This document shows, one piece after another, positions 56,101 to 63,065 of a DNA stretch of 63,065 nt (positions are counted from its first letter, which is position 1; each line of letters begins with the position of its first letter). This DNA is from Terrimicrobiaceae bacterium (GTDB taxonomy: Bacteria; Verrucomicrobiota; Verrucomicrobiia; Chthoniobacterales; Terrimicrobiaceae). A program made the translations under genes and the position numbers. The stretch covers positions 1 through 63,065 of the forward strand of contig JBGSVZ010000130.1 in the NCBI GenBank assembly GCA_041752695.1, written 5' to 3'. The notes beneath the pieces are model-generated. The model was not told the origin of the DNA. It searched no databases and saw nothing but the letters and a program-made list of their open reading frames with translations.

Positions 56101-58065
56101 TGGTTTGATTTTGACTAGCGCAGTGGGAGATGCTGGCGTTGCAAGCCATGCGATGCGCTTCTCGCTTCCCATGTAAAGACCGTCGTAGGTGCCAGACCTG
56201 ACCTCAATGATTTCCAAATCGGCTGCTGCATCGTAGGCTTCTTGTAGGGTGAGGTGGTCGCCGCTGCCATCGGCAGCGACAACCCGCGTAGTAGGCGGAC
56301 GTGAGAGAGCCTCGTTCGGATTTGTGTCCAAACGATGCTCCCAAAGGTTGGGAATGCGGTCTCCATCTGTGTCAGCAAGGGCATCTGAAAAATCACTGGA
56401 GGAGAGGCCGTTGGCGGCCTCCCATGAGTCTGGTAGCCCGTCCCTGTCTGCGTCTGGAATGATGGTGACGTTTATTGGATCTGAGGTGGTCACACCACCA
56501 AAGATGTCAACTGCGTTTGCTGTGAGAACGTACGCACCGGGAGCAGGATAGCCCCAATACCTTGAATACGGGGAAGAGGAGTCTTCACCGAGGAGCGTCG
56601 CGCCCTGATAAAATTGCACCTTCTGCATGCCTTCTGGATCAGACGCCGTGGCTGTAATCGTGATGGCTTCTCCTTCGAGGAATACTGAGCCGTCAAGGGG
56701 GGCAGTCACTGCCACTTGAGCCGGTGCGTTGAAAACCTCAAGGGTGGCATCCATGACGTGTGGTCCGGCCAAGACTGCTGCGTCGTGTGTGGTTGTTATT
56801 GTGGCGGTGTGTGTGCCGTAGGGGAGGCTCAAGGACCGAAATACTGCGTCCAAGGTTAGTGTTGTGAAGGCGGGGACTGTGCCGGATGTAGGAGCGACGG
56901 AGAGGAAGGTGGATTGTGGCGAAATCAGGACGGCATGGTTGTCGGAAACGTAGGTCGCATTGTGAGCCACCTGAAGACCAATGGTTCCAGCTCCGTTCTG
57001 GATGCCAATGGTGGCTGAGTTTAGCGTTCCGTCCATTTCCTTGTAGAGGAATGCAATTTTCCCGTCGGCATATAGAACGATTTGGAATGTGTAGTCCGAG
57101 GCTGTTCCATATGACCGTCCGACATTTTGATATTGGATAATGAGGCGGTCGGACTCCTGTTTGTAATAGATGTCGCCAATGGTCCGAGTGTCGAGGTCAT
57201 CATAAAACGCCGCAATCATGTTGCGTGGTGCTGATGGGGAAGGCAGTGGGTAGTAGTTATCGTACATGTAAGCGGTCTGCCCAAGTGAGACTGCACCATT
57301 TACACTTACATGCACCGCGTTAAAGGACGTGCCAAAAAAGGGAAAGGAGAACTGAGTAAGGGTTACAGTTTCTTGTCCCAAGTAGGCATTGGAAATGACA
57401 GACAAACGTGTTCCGGTTTCGCTGATTTCCTGCCAATTGTATGTTGCACTTCCCGTGAGTGAATCCTCAAAGGTGTGGCTTGGACCGGTGTTCCCGGTCA
57501 GCGCCACTGAGTAGCTGACCGGGGTGGCGGTGTCGTTTCGTAAGAAAAGGCTTTTGGTTTCTGTGGCGTTTCTTGTGAGACTGGCCGAAAGTGCAGGCGG
57601 CCAAAAATTGAATTTGCCAGCGTTGTAAAGCTCCCACTCGTCGGGGATTCCGTTAGTGTTAGCATCCGTTGTCGCGAACGGACTAAATCCGTTGGAGATT
57701 TCGAACAGGTTAGGCACGGTGTCGCCGTCAAAATCGTCGTTCTCCGGGTCGGTGGTTGGTATGTCAGTGTATCTCAGTCGCAGGAAGAATTTGTCTGCGG
57801 TGGTGGTGAGTCCCCACTCTTTTACGGCGTCGTCGCCAGATTCGACTACTGGCACCCAATTCCATAGAATCAGGTCTTCTGTGTGCTGGATAAAATAGGT
57901 TCGGCCTGTTCTGCCCCACCACTTGTAGCGATAGATTTCATTGGTAGCGTCGTATTCGAGTTGGGTCCCCTCGTTGAGGTCGTCGGCAGTTTGAGCGAAA
58001 AGCCCACCTGTGGAGAGCACTCCTGCGGCCACGAAGAGGAGGATGAGAAGAGTCTTCCTTTTCAT
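53146..58065 (-). CDS. 1639-aa secreted protein with DxDxDG Ca-binding repeats, NIDO-like, Ig-like and beta-helix-like modules and a C-terminal HExxH metallopeptidase-like domain
   Basis: Signal MKRKTLLILLFVAAGVL; about 14 D-x-D-x-D-G-like repeats; IAAFYDDL; VQFYQGATLLGEDSSSPY; HELLH at 53320-53334. Confidence 0.82.
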   Translation of the reverse strand: MKRKTLLILLFVAAGVLSTGGLFAQTADDLNEGTQLEYDATNEIYRYKWWGRTGRTYFIQHTEDLILWNWVPVVESGDDAVKEWGLTTTADKFFLRLRYTDIPTTDPENDDFDGDTVPNLFEISNGFSPFATTDANTNGIPDEWELYNAGKFNFWPPALSASLTRNATETKSLFLRNDTATPVSYSVALTGNTGPSHTFEDSLTGSATYNWQEISETGTRLSVISNAYLGQETVTLTQFSFPFFGTSFNAVHVSVNGAVSLGQTAYMYDNYYPLPSPSAPRNMIAAFYDDLDTRTIGDIYYKQESDRLIIQYQNVGRSYGTASDYTFQIVLYADGKIAFLYKEMDGTLNSATIGIQNGAGTIGLQVAHNATYVSDNHAVLISPQSTFLSVAPTSGTVPAFTTLTLDAVFRSLSLPYGTHTATITTTHDAAVLAGPHVMDATLEVFNAPAQVAVTAPLDGSVFLEGEAITITATASDPEGMQKVQFYQGATLLGEDSSSPYSRYWGYPAPGAYVLTANAVDIFGGVTTSDPINVTIIPDADRDGLPDSWEAANGLSSSDFSDALADTDGDRIPNLWEHRLDTNPNEALSRPPTTRVVAADGSGDHLTLQEAYDAAADLEIIEVRSGTYDGLYMGSEKRIAWLATPASPTALVKIKPAQSNWTTTQTYSDAVFDGFSIEGHDGTVAYISSSRVAFTNCKLTNGNGYYYPGAIYAAGDTTISLYHCTILDNRYLDEGYGWGANAIQGDWDTRIAIKNSILWNPDANGLPEILSYGSVVVTSSIIRGGDFGAIDQNPGLAYGGWMNGNSPGLDAGTNLEITLDAQGESRHAGIAPDLGWDEFRDADTDGLPDWLEALGITDPEADFDSDGLSNLAEYQTHLTNIQASDTDGDGLLDGVEVLTHGTNPLSTDTDSDGMADAWEVANGLNALIDDAQNDLDNDGLTNLFEYTWGFDPTDPSDVNRDTDSDGLPDLWEITYFKHATSALPSQDPDTDDLTNLQEYLNTTEPNNWDTDGDLLPDGWEIANGLNARSGTGAEGANGDPDNDGLSNFKEWTFGASPHSSDTDGDGVSDGQEAGQGSSPSDPSDNGQPPSEDQLLEMKIIVGDPSGSHSERWRVEVRDLATSQIVVNHASQEFGELSPDSESIFRQFRKGKAYDIKLIWVATDPEKLEEDPEGDFFPDYDWALEISYKNQEGLWVDVKDQQAKRFIVLDPWDPANNQIAENNVELLVNREELQFPWEGQPDRTEQYQQQIATKSAQLLPIEIVIPKLNTQGSETGELQSTTNLSVGTLENSFDSTASRNLVADWIEEDRDRFYIRVTDPGKSGQGPLRVRVWTDSEGTEYDDDSRISPDSNVVELQEEGTTGVFISKSMLLVSNDGDDDHSVDGVADDDKNDRTRLIALGGKINVEFLENGQTPNYEADIEATTPVIKTVKVKVWVAKTALLGTPTPVVNTATVEADLKSIRETFAQAGIKVVSNPTIVEFNESDAGIDLSPTGFDYLTNGSHLTDEAKAVFDWIDAGSQRAADEISIIYVNFMTTNWYSSGANGPRGLAYINKMFSPPKYANHLIIAADYRLRYTAPHELLHILLDAEHSDFLTEHNHIRMTFSGDNGSNAAGIEGRKRISKRSFNNQVNTIQASPYAN

Positions 58066-58925
58066 TGTTCGCGGGAGGTTGAGAGTGCTGAGTCCAGAGT
58101 TCTGGCTTCTGTGGGCGAATGGTCGCTCTGGATGGGGAAAAATTGGATGACGGTATCCTTTGGCTGAGGCGGGTTGTCCTTGAGCCATTGTTCATGGGCG
58201 ATGCGGGCCGCTTCTCTCTCGGCGTGTTGGGTGATTAAAGCATCACGGTTGGCGTCGAAGTGGTTGTGGAGATCTTCAATGGCGTTTTGAGCTTCCGCAG
58301 ACACAGATTGTGGCGATGTGATACGCCACGTTGAGGAGGGGGCGGCGGCGTTGGTTTCGAGAAGGTCGGTCGGCCAAGTGGATACCATGTCCGGCCTGTT
58401 CATGCGGTGGAGTTCCGCATTTTGCTGGTCGAAATCTTCACGTGTGGAGTCTCCGACTGCGACGAAGATGGAGTAGTAAGTGTCTTTGATCTGCAAATCA
58501 AACAACTGGCTGAGATAGTTAAAATTTACATTAGACCAGAAAACGACATCAGTTTCCCCGTCACGAAATCTAACTTCCGTCAACTGGTTGTCATAAACCG
58601 TACATGACAAAAACAAGCTAACATAATTCATCTCTTCCCATCGCCGCATTTCAGCGAGTTCTTCTGCTGTAGGGACGTGTTCGGCAACCGGTGTTGGTGG
58701 TTCCTCTATCGGGGCGGGTTGCGGTTTTAGAACAGGTGTCTCAACGCGGTTGTAAATGATGGAGCGGGAACCAAGATCAACTTCTTGGCTGTCTAGCACT
58801 CGAAATTGAGGAGGTTCCTGTTTTGTCTCGGCTGGTTCGGCGTGAGTGTTTGCTTTGAAGAAAATCAATCCGACCATGGCGAGAGCCAAGGGCAAAAACG
58901 AAAGGGGTTTGGTGGCGGGCTTCAT
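58062..58925 (-). CDS. Exported hypothetical protein translationally coupled to the large gene
   Basis: Signal peptide; ATGA overlap at 58062-58065; ends WLKDNPPQPKDTVIQFFP. Confidence 0.75.
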   Translation of the reverse strand: MKPATKPLSFLPLALAMVGLIFFKANTHAEPAETKQEPPQFRVLDSQEVDLGSRSIIYNRVETPVLKPQPAPIEEPPTPVAEHVPTAEELAEMRRWEEMNYVSLFLSCTVYDNQLTEVRFRDGETDVVFWSNVNFNYLSQLFDLQIKDTYYSIFVAVGDSTREDFDQQNAELHRMNRPDMVSTWPTDLLETNAAAPSSTWRITSPQSVSAEAQNAIEDLHNHFDANRDALITQHAEREAARIAHEQWLKDNPPQPKDTVIQFFPIQSDHSPTEARTLDSALSTSREQ

Positions 58926-59093
58926 GGTCGGACATGCGGATACAGGGCGTCGTTTTTTGGGAAACTGGGTGCGGTTTGGATGAAGAATTTGGAGAATTCC
59001 CCGATGGAGTTTGGGTGTCAATCTTAAAGAAAAGTTGGAATGAGGCATATACTACCGCTCTCAAAGAGCGTCGTTTACGGCATGTAATGGAGG

Positions 59094-59327
59094 GTGAGCG
59101 AAGACAACAAACCCCATGTGATTGTCGGGAGGAATATCCTCCGGCTTCGGCTCAAGAGAAAGTTGACTCAAGAAAAGTTGGCAGAGTTGGTGGATGTGGA
59201 TTTGCGTTCTCTCCAACGCATTGAGGCTGGTTCGTGGAACATGACGGTGGATTATTTGGCACGCTTCCGACGCGGCCTGCGATGCCGATGGCGGGATTTG
59301 ACCCGTGGGCTTGATGATTTGTTGTAG
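59094..59327 (+). CDS. XRE-family HTH regulator
   Basis: VGRNILRLRLKRKLTQEKLAELVDVDLRSLQRIEAG. Confidence 0.9.
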   Translation: MSEDNKPHVIVGRNILRLRLKRKLTQEKLAELVDVDLRSLQRIEAGSWNMTVDYLARFRRGLRCRWRDLTRGLDDLL

Positions 59328-59356
59328 GTTTTTCACGCGTAGAGGTGGGCTTGTGG

Positions 59357-59731
59357 CTACAGGACGGGAGGTTGCATGGTTGAGTTTGGCGCTTGTGGCG
59401 CGGGGCCATGATAAATGTTCTGCACGATGACCGGTCCGGGTTGACGGTCAACGAAGGCCCAGATGAGAGCCGCTATCCAGCCGATGAGAAAAAGCCCGCC
59501 AACGGTGTTGACGATGAGAATTCCCACGTAACTCGGGGCCTCGCGCAGCGCGGCGACCGTTGTGGGTAGAAAGTACATCATTGCTGCAACGCTGACGGCG
59601 GCGGCTACGAGTAGCGACCCACCGGCTGAGGCAGAATCGACAGTCGGCGAGAGAACCGCCACGACCGCAAACAGCGACATTGGAGCAATGACGATTCCCG
59701 GAGGAACGAAGGCTTTGAGGAAGCGTTTCAT
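59357..59731 (-). CDS. Superinfection immunity (T4 Imm-like) membrane protein
   Basis: MYFLPTTVA..R......ILIVN..GG.FLIGWIAALIWA signature; ATGA overlap with the upstream gene. Confidence 0.82.
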   Translation of the reverse strand: MKRFLKAFVPPGIVIAPMSLFAVVAVLSPTVDSASAGGSLLVAAAVSVAAMMYFLPTTVAALREAPSYVGILIVNTVGGLFLIGWIAALIWAFVDRQPGPVIVQNIYHGPAPQAPNSTMQPPVL

Positions 59732-61938
59732 GGGGTGGGTGTTTGGACGATGGCCAGGGTGAGACCACTTCCGGCGAAGACTTGGATGAACTTCGCGTTT
59801 GACAGTTCGGCGGGCACACTGCGTTGTCCCTCCCAGTTTCCTCCCCATGTGATCAGGTGTCCTTGGGTGGTGATGGCTGCGGCGTGGTTCGGTCCCGTGG
59901 ATAAAGATTTTATGGGTGGTAGATTTTCTGGAACGTCGCATTGGCCGGAGTCGTTGCGCCCCCAAGCGCGAACGGTGCCGTCGATTTGAATGGCTGCCAC
60001 GTAATCGCAGTAGTCGGGCACCGTAGGTAGCGCGGCGATTTCTCCGATGTCTTGTGGTACCATTCCAACTGAGTCGTCGTTATAGCTGAACGCGAGGATC
60101 TCGCCTTCCGAAGTCAACCCATAGCCGTAGCGACCGCCTGCGACAGCAACGAGGTCTTTTCTGGCATGTGCTTTCTGCCATACGGCTGACTGCTCAACCG
60201 ACATTCCAGCGAGCACTCGGTGAGTTTTGCCGCTGCGATCCCTGTAATTTTCCATAAGTCCATCTTTGGGCTTGCCCTCCAAAAAGTAGCGGCATGTTCC
60301 ATCAGCCAAAACAACGAGGGTGCCGCCTTGGGTGAAGGTGGCTTGAACGATATTTGTGAGATCGGCGGGAATGGAGGAGGCTAGTTTTCCACGTCCCCAG
60401 ACCGCTACTGTTCCGTCAGCTTTGACTGCAAGCGAGGCAGCGTTTCCTGCGGCGACCGATACGACATTGTTAAGCCCCGGTGGGACATCGCATTGCCCTT
60501 CGTCATTCCTGCCCCATGCCGTGACCGTGCCGTCCGCTTTAAGGGCGAGACAATGGATTCTGCTGGACGAGGTTCCGGGAGCAGCCGTCACTTGGACGGC
60601 TTTCAGGCCTTCTGGAATTGGAATCATCTCCTGTGTTCGGCTCTTTTGACCGGGGGCTGAGGAGAGGCCCCACGCCACGACGGTGCCTTCTTCAGTGGAG
60701 CGGGTAAGTGGGAAGGTTCTGGGTAATGTGGCGCGGGCGGGAACTCCGGGAGCCGGTGTTAGTTCTTGTTTGGCGAGAACGACGGGCTTCGGTGTGTGGG
60801 TGAACAACGCGGACTGGACGGCGGGGAGAAGATACCTCTTGGTGTAGTCTTGTCGAAACGCTTCGGACCACCCTTGCTTCTTACCTTCCTCAGGGTAGTG
60901 AGTGCCAGCGTAGCCAAAGCTCATTTTCCCGTTTCTTGAAGAAGAATCGAGGCTGTAGGTGAGAACATTATCAAAGAGCACAATGTCCGTTGGGCGGATG
61001 TAACTCCGCTTCGCTGTTGTGCCTCCTGCGCTGATTTGGAGGGAATTATCGGTCGTGGGCCAAGGGGCCATTTCCCAATGTGCGTTGGAACCCATCTGGT
61101 CAGATGGTTGTTGGCTAAGCAATCCCTTCTGCACTTGATCGGCCAAATATGCTTTCTCAGCATCTTTAGCAGCGTCTTTGGAGTGAGAGTAAGCCCATGG
61201 GCCTTGGTCCGTTTCTAATATGACAAGTTGGCCGCGTTGGATAGCTTCAAGAAGTGCACGTTTCAGATCAGAGGTTCCGCCCCCGGCAATAATGGCATCA
61301 TAGGCGACGTAGTCGGGATTCGTTGTGGTGGGCCAGCCGAAGATTTCAGATTGGCGGGGGTGGATTTCAACGGGAGGTCCGCCGCCGATGCCGCTCCGTC
61401 GCACCCTGCCTGAACCGTATCCGTTATCCAGATAATCGACGTGGTGGCCTGCGTCTCGGAGAGCTTGAGCCAATGCAACTTGGCTGACAATGGAATCGTT
61501 CGTTGACGGGACAACCAGAATTTTTTTCCTTGGGGCGTCCGGTGGTGGGGTCTGCAACGAGGAAAAAATCGTCGGTTCGAGAACAACAAACTGCTGTGTG
61601 TCAGCCGTTGTGTTCACCGTCTCCAGCTTCGTCTTGGCTTGTTCCTCTCGGGGAGTTGTAGCCGGGTTGGCTACCGGTGTTTCACCGAGCGTGACGAGAT
61701 TTCGCAAAGCGTCGAGTTTGCCTTGCTTCATTCCTCGGATGGTGAGGAGGTCCTCTAAATTTTCAATCGGCCGCATTTCGATGATTTGTTCTGCGGTGTA
61801 GTTCCCGACGTGCGGGAGGGATTTCAACTGCTCATTCGTTGCGGTGTTGAGGTTGATTCTATCATCCTCGCCGAATGTAGTTAGAACAGAGAGAAGAATG
61901 CACAGAATCGAAGCGAACCATTTTTTGCTGATTTTCAT
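59728..61938 (-). CDS. Exported ComEA-type HhH plus RCC1/BLIP-II repeat protein
   Basis: Signal peptide; RINLNTATNEQLKSLPHVG..AEQII; repeats HCLALKADGTVTAWGRNDEGQCDVP, GTVRAWGRNDSGQCDVP. Confidence 0.85.
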   Translation of the reverse strand: MKISKKWFASILCILLSVLTTFGEDDRINLNTATNEQLKSLPHVGNYTAEQIIEMRPIENLEDLLTIRGMKQGKLDALRNLVTLGETPVANPATTPREEQAKTKLETVNTTADTQQFVVLEPTIFSSLQTPPPDAPRKKILVVPSTNDSIVSQVALAQALRDAGHHVDYLDNGYGSGRVRRSGIGGGPPVEIHPRQSEIFGWPTTTNPDYVAYDAIIAGGGTSDLKRALLEAIQRGQLVILETDQGPWAYSHSKDAAKDAEKAYLADQVQKGLLSQQPSDQMGSNAHWEMAPWPTTDNSLQISAGGTTAKRSYIRPTDIVLFDNVLTYSLDSSSRNGKMSFGYAGTHYPEEGKKQGWSEAFRQDYTKRYLLPAVQSALFTHTPKPVVLAKQELTPAPGVPARATLPRTFPLTRSTEEGTVVAWGLSSAPGQKSRTQEMIPIPEGLKAVQVTAAPGTSSSRIHCLALKADGTVTAWGRNDEGQCDVPPGLNNVVSVAAGNAASLAVKADGTVAVWGRGKLASSIPADLTNIVQATFTQGGTLVVLADGTCRYFLEGKPKDGLMENYRDRSGKTHRVLAGMSVEQSAVWQKAHARKDLVAVAGGRYGYGLTSEGEILAFSYNDDSVGMVPQDIGEIAALPTVPDYCDYVAAIQIDGTVRAWGRNDSGQCDVPENLPPIKSLSTGPNHAAAITTQGHLITWGGNWEGQRSVPAELSNAKFIQVFAGSGLTLAIVQTPTP

Positions 61939-62065
61939 TATTTTGACTTTGGTTGATGCAGGGGATCGCCTTTTGGTAGATTACGCAGCGGAGTTTCAGC
62001 TGCGAGTCCTTGGCTGATCTGGCGGCTGACAGGAAATAAACTGGGTGGATTCAAAGTTGTGGGCC

Positions 62066-63065
62066 TCATCGTTGCTGTGGTGGCTCTGCCAGAATTTGTT
62101 TATCCGCAATCCCGAGTTGAACTCGAATTAACTTATCCAGAAGCTCACAGTTGATGTCGTTTCCAATGGTTTTATGGCCGATGGAAAAGTCTGTTGGCAG
62201 CGATTTCCTGAATCGCGCTCCACTTTCCAGCGTGCCTTTCTCAACGGGCTCGGACGCACGGCTTTCGGTGATCAGATCCCCCCATACATCGTTGCGATTA
62301 GCGGCAACCCAGTCCCAGGCTTGGGCTCCACTTAACCACATGTCCGTACGCATTTGGTGTTCGTTATTTTTCCAGCCTTTTGCTCCCAAAAGCGTCGTTC
62401 GCTCCAGTTGAGGAATTTGACTTGGTTCCGGCATGAATGCTTCCGTTGGGGATAGCAAGAGAAAGCTCAATGACTGATTTTCGACCAGCTGAGGGTAGTC
62501 CCACAAGATCATGCCTGCTCCGAGTGAGTTGCCGATGACAAGATACTGATTGAGCCCAGATTCCTTTGCAATCTGGGACACGACGACAGCGGCAATTCCC
62601 GGAAACGCCAACTTTACTGTGTGATCTCCGGCGCGATAGGCATCCAACGTGGGTATGATTTGGTCGAAGGGAGCAGACTCTGGATACTCCCACAAAAAGT
62701 AGGTGCATTTCTCAGTTGTCAGGCTTTCAAGCCATTCGAAGTTGTCGAGGAGGTATTGGTTCATTTTTGACACTCCGGTGTGTCCGAAAAATATCACTCC
62801 GATTGGTCCGGTTCCAATGCGTGTGACGGTGACGGAGTTACCAGCAACGGTTATTTCGAACTTGGTAGCCTTCGGTCTTTTGGCCAGATGCTGATAGCGT
62901 TCTTTGGCGGTTTGAGCATCTTTGCCGATTCCTGATTTATTGGCCTTTTCGGCCCACTTCGCTGCTTCTGCATAGTCTTGATCTGTTCCAATTCCGTCGG
63001 CATACATTTCTGCCAGACGCAGTTGTGCCCAGTTGTATCCAGTGTTAGCTGCCTTCTGCATCCAC
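62066..63065 (-). CDS. Sel1-repeat protein with C-terminal alpha/beta-hydrolase-like domain (partial, start outside window)
   Basis: WMQKAANTGYNWAQLRLAEMYADGIGTDQDYAEAAKW; VIGNSLGAG nucleophile elbow. Confidence 0.75.
   Translation of the reverse strand, partial: WMQKAANTGYNWAQLRLAEMYADGIGTDQDYAEAAKWAEKANKSGIGKDAQTAKERYQHLAKRPKATKFEITVAGNSVTVTRIGTGPIGVIFFGHTGVSKMNQYLLDNFEWLESLTTEKCTYFLWEYPESAPFDQIIPTLDAYRAGDHTVKLAFPGIAAVVVSQIAKESGLNQYLVIGNSLGAGMILWDYPQLVENQSLSFLLLSPTEAFMPEPSQIPQLERTTLLGAKGWKNNEHQMRTDMWLSGAQAWDWVAANRNDVWGDLITESRASEPVEKGTLESGARFRKSLPTDFSIGHKTIGNDINCELLDKLIRVQLGIADKQILAEPPQQR

Larger units (their letters stand above)
36610..63065. mobile_element. Putative genomic island integrated at tRNA-Pro (other end outside window)
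   Basis: tRNA 3' fragment at the boundary, then accessory genes only, with truncated genes, lower GC from ~52.4 kb, XRE and Imm genes. No integrase seen in the window. Confidence 0.62.

Noticed and set aside
53146..58065. Rhs/YD or CdiA toxin
   Set aside because: No YD repeats, DPxG core end, haemagglutinin repeats or TpsB partner; the repeats are DxDxDG type.
36650..63065. Prophage or IS element
   Set aside because: No structural phage genes, integrase or transposase motifs seen; only the Imm-like and XRE genes hint at mobility.

Overview
Bacterial chromosome segment, GC-rich. Gene style (many sulfatases, EF-hand and DxDxDG proteins, gene content) suggests Verrucomicrobiota, possibly Chthoniobacterales-like; this is inference. 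1-36.3 kb is mostly core genome: comM-like ATPase, puuD, an amidohydrolase, rpsO-pnp, an OprB porin, btpA, trmD, a class A PBP, a hybrid kinase, pyrH-frr, fmt, add, ECF sigma-VWA, murJ, tsaC, purE, csp, aroK, gap-pgk-tpiA and a GH2 beta-galactosidase. At 36.34-36.65 kb lie two ~133-bp RtT-like tRNA-linked repeats and the 3' half only of a minus-strand tRNA-Pro. The half tRNA looks like the attachment site of an integrated island that runs off the right end. The island carries an AraC/isomerase/glpX/rhaT sugar module, two EF-hand proteins, a deletion junction, six tandem sulfatases (two with a non-canonical CSPSL motif) and a strand-specific hairpin cluster. It also carries a candidate three-gene polymorphic-toxin-like cassette (secreted partner, 1639-aa DxDxDG protein with a low-GC HExxH C-terminus, low-GC exported partner), an XRE regulator, and a ComEA-RCC1 fusion coupled to a superinfection-immunity protein. 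All family calls come from motif recognition by eye; no searches were run.
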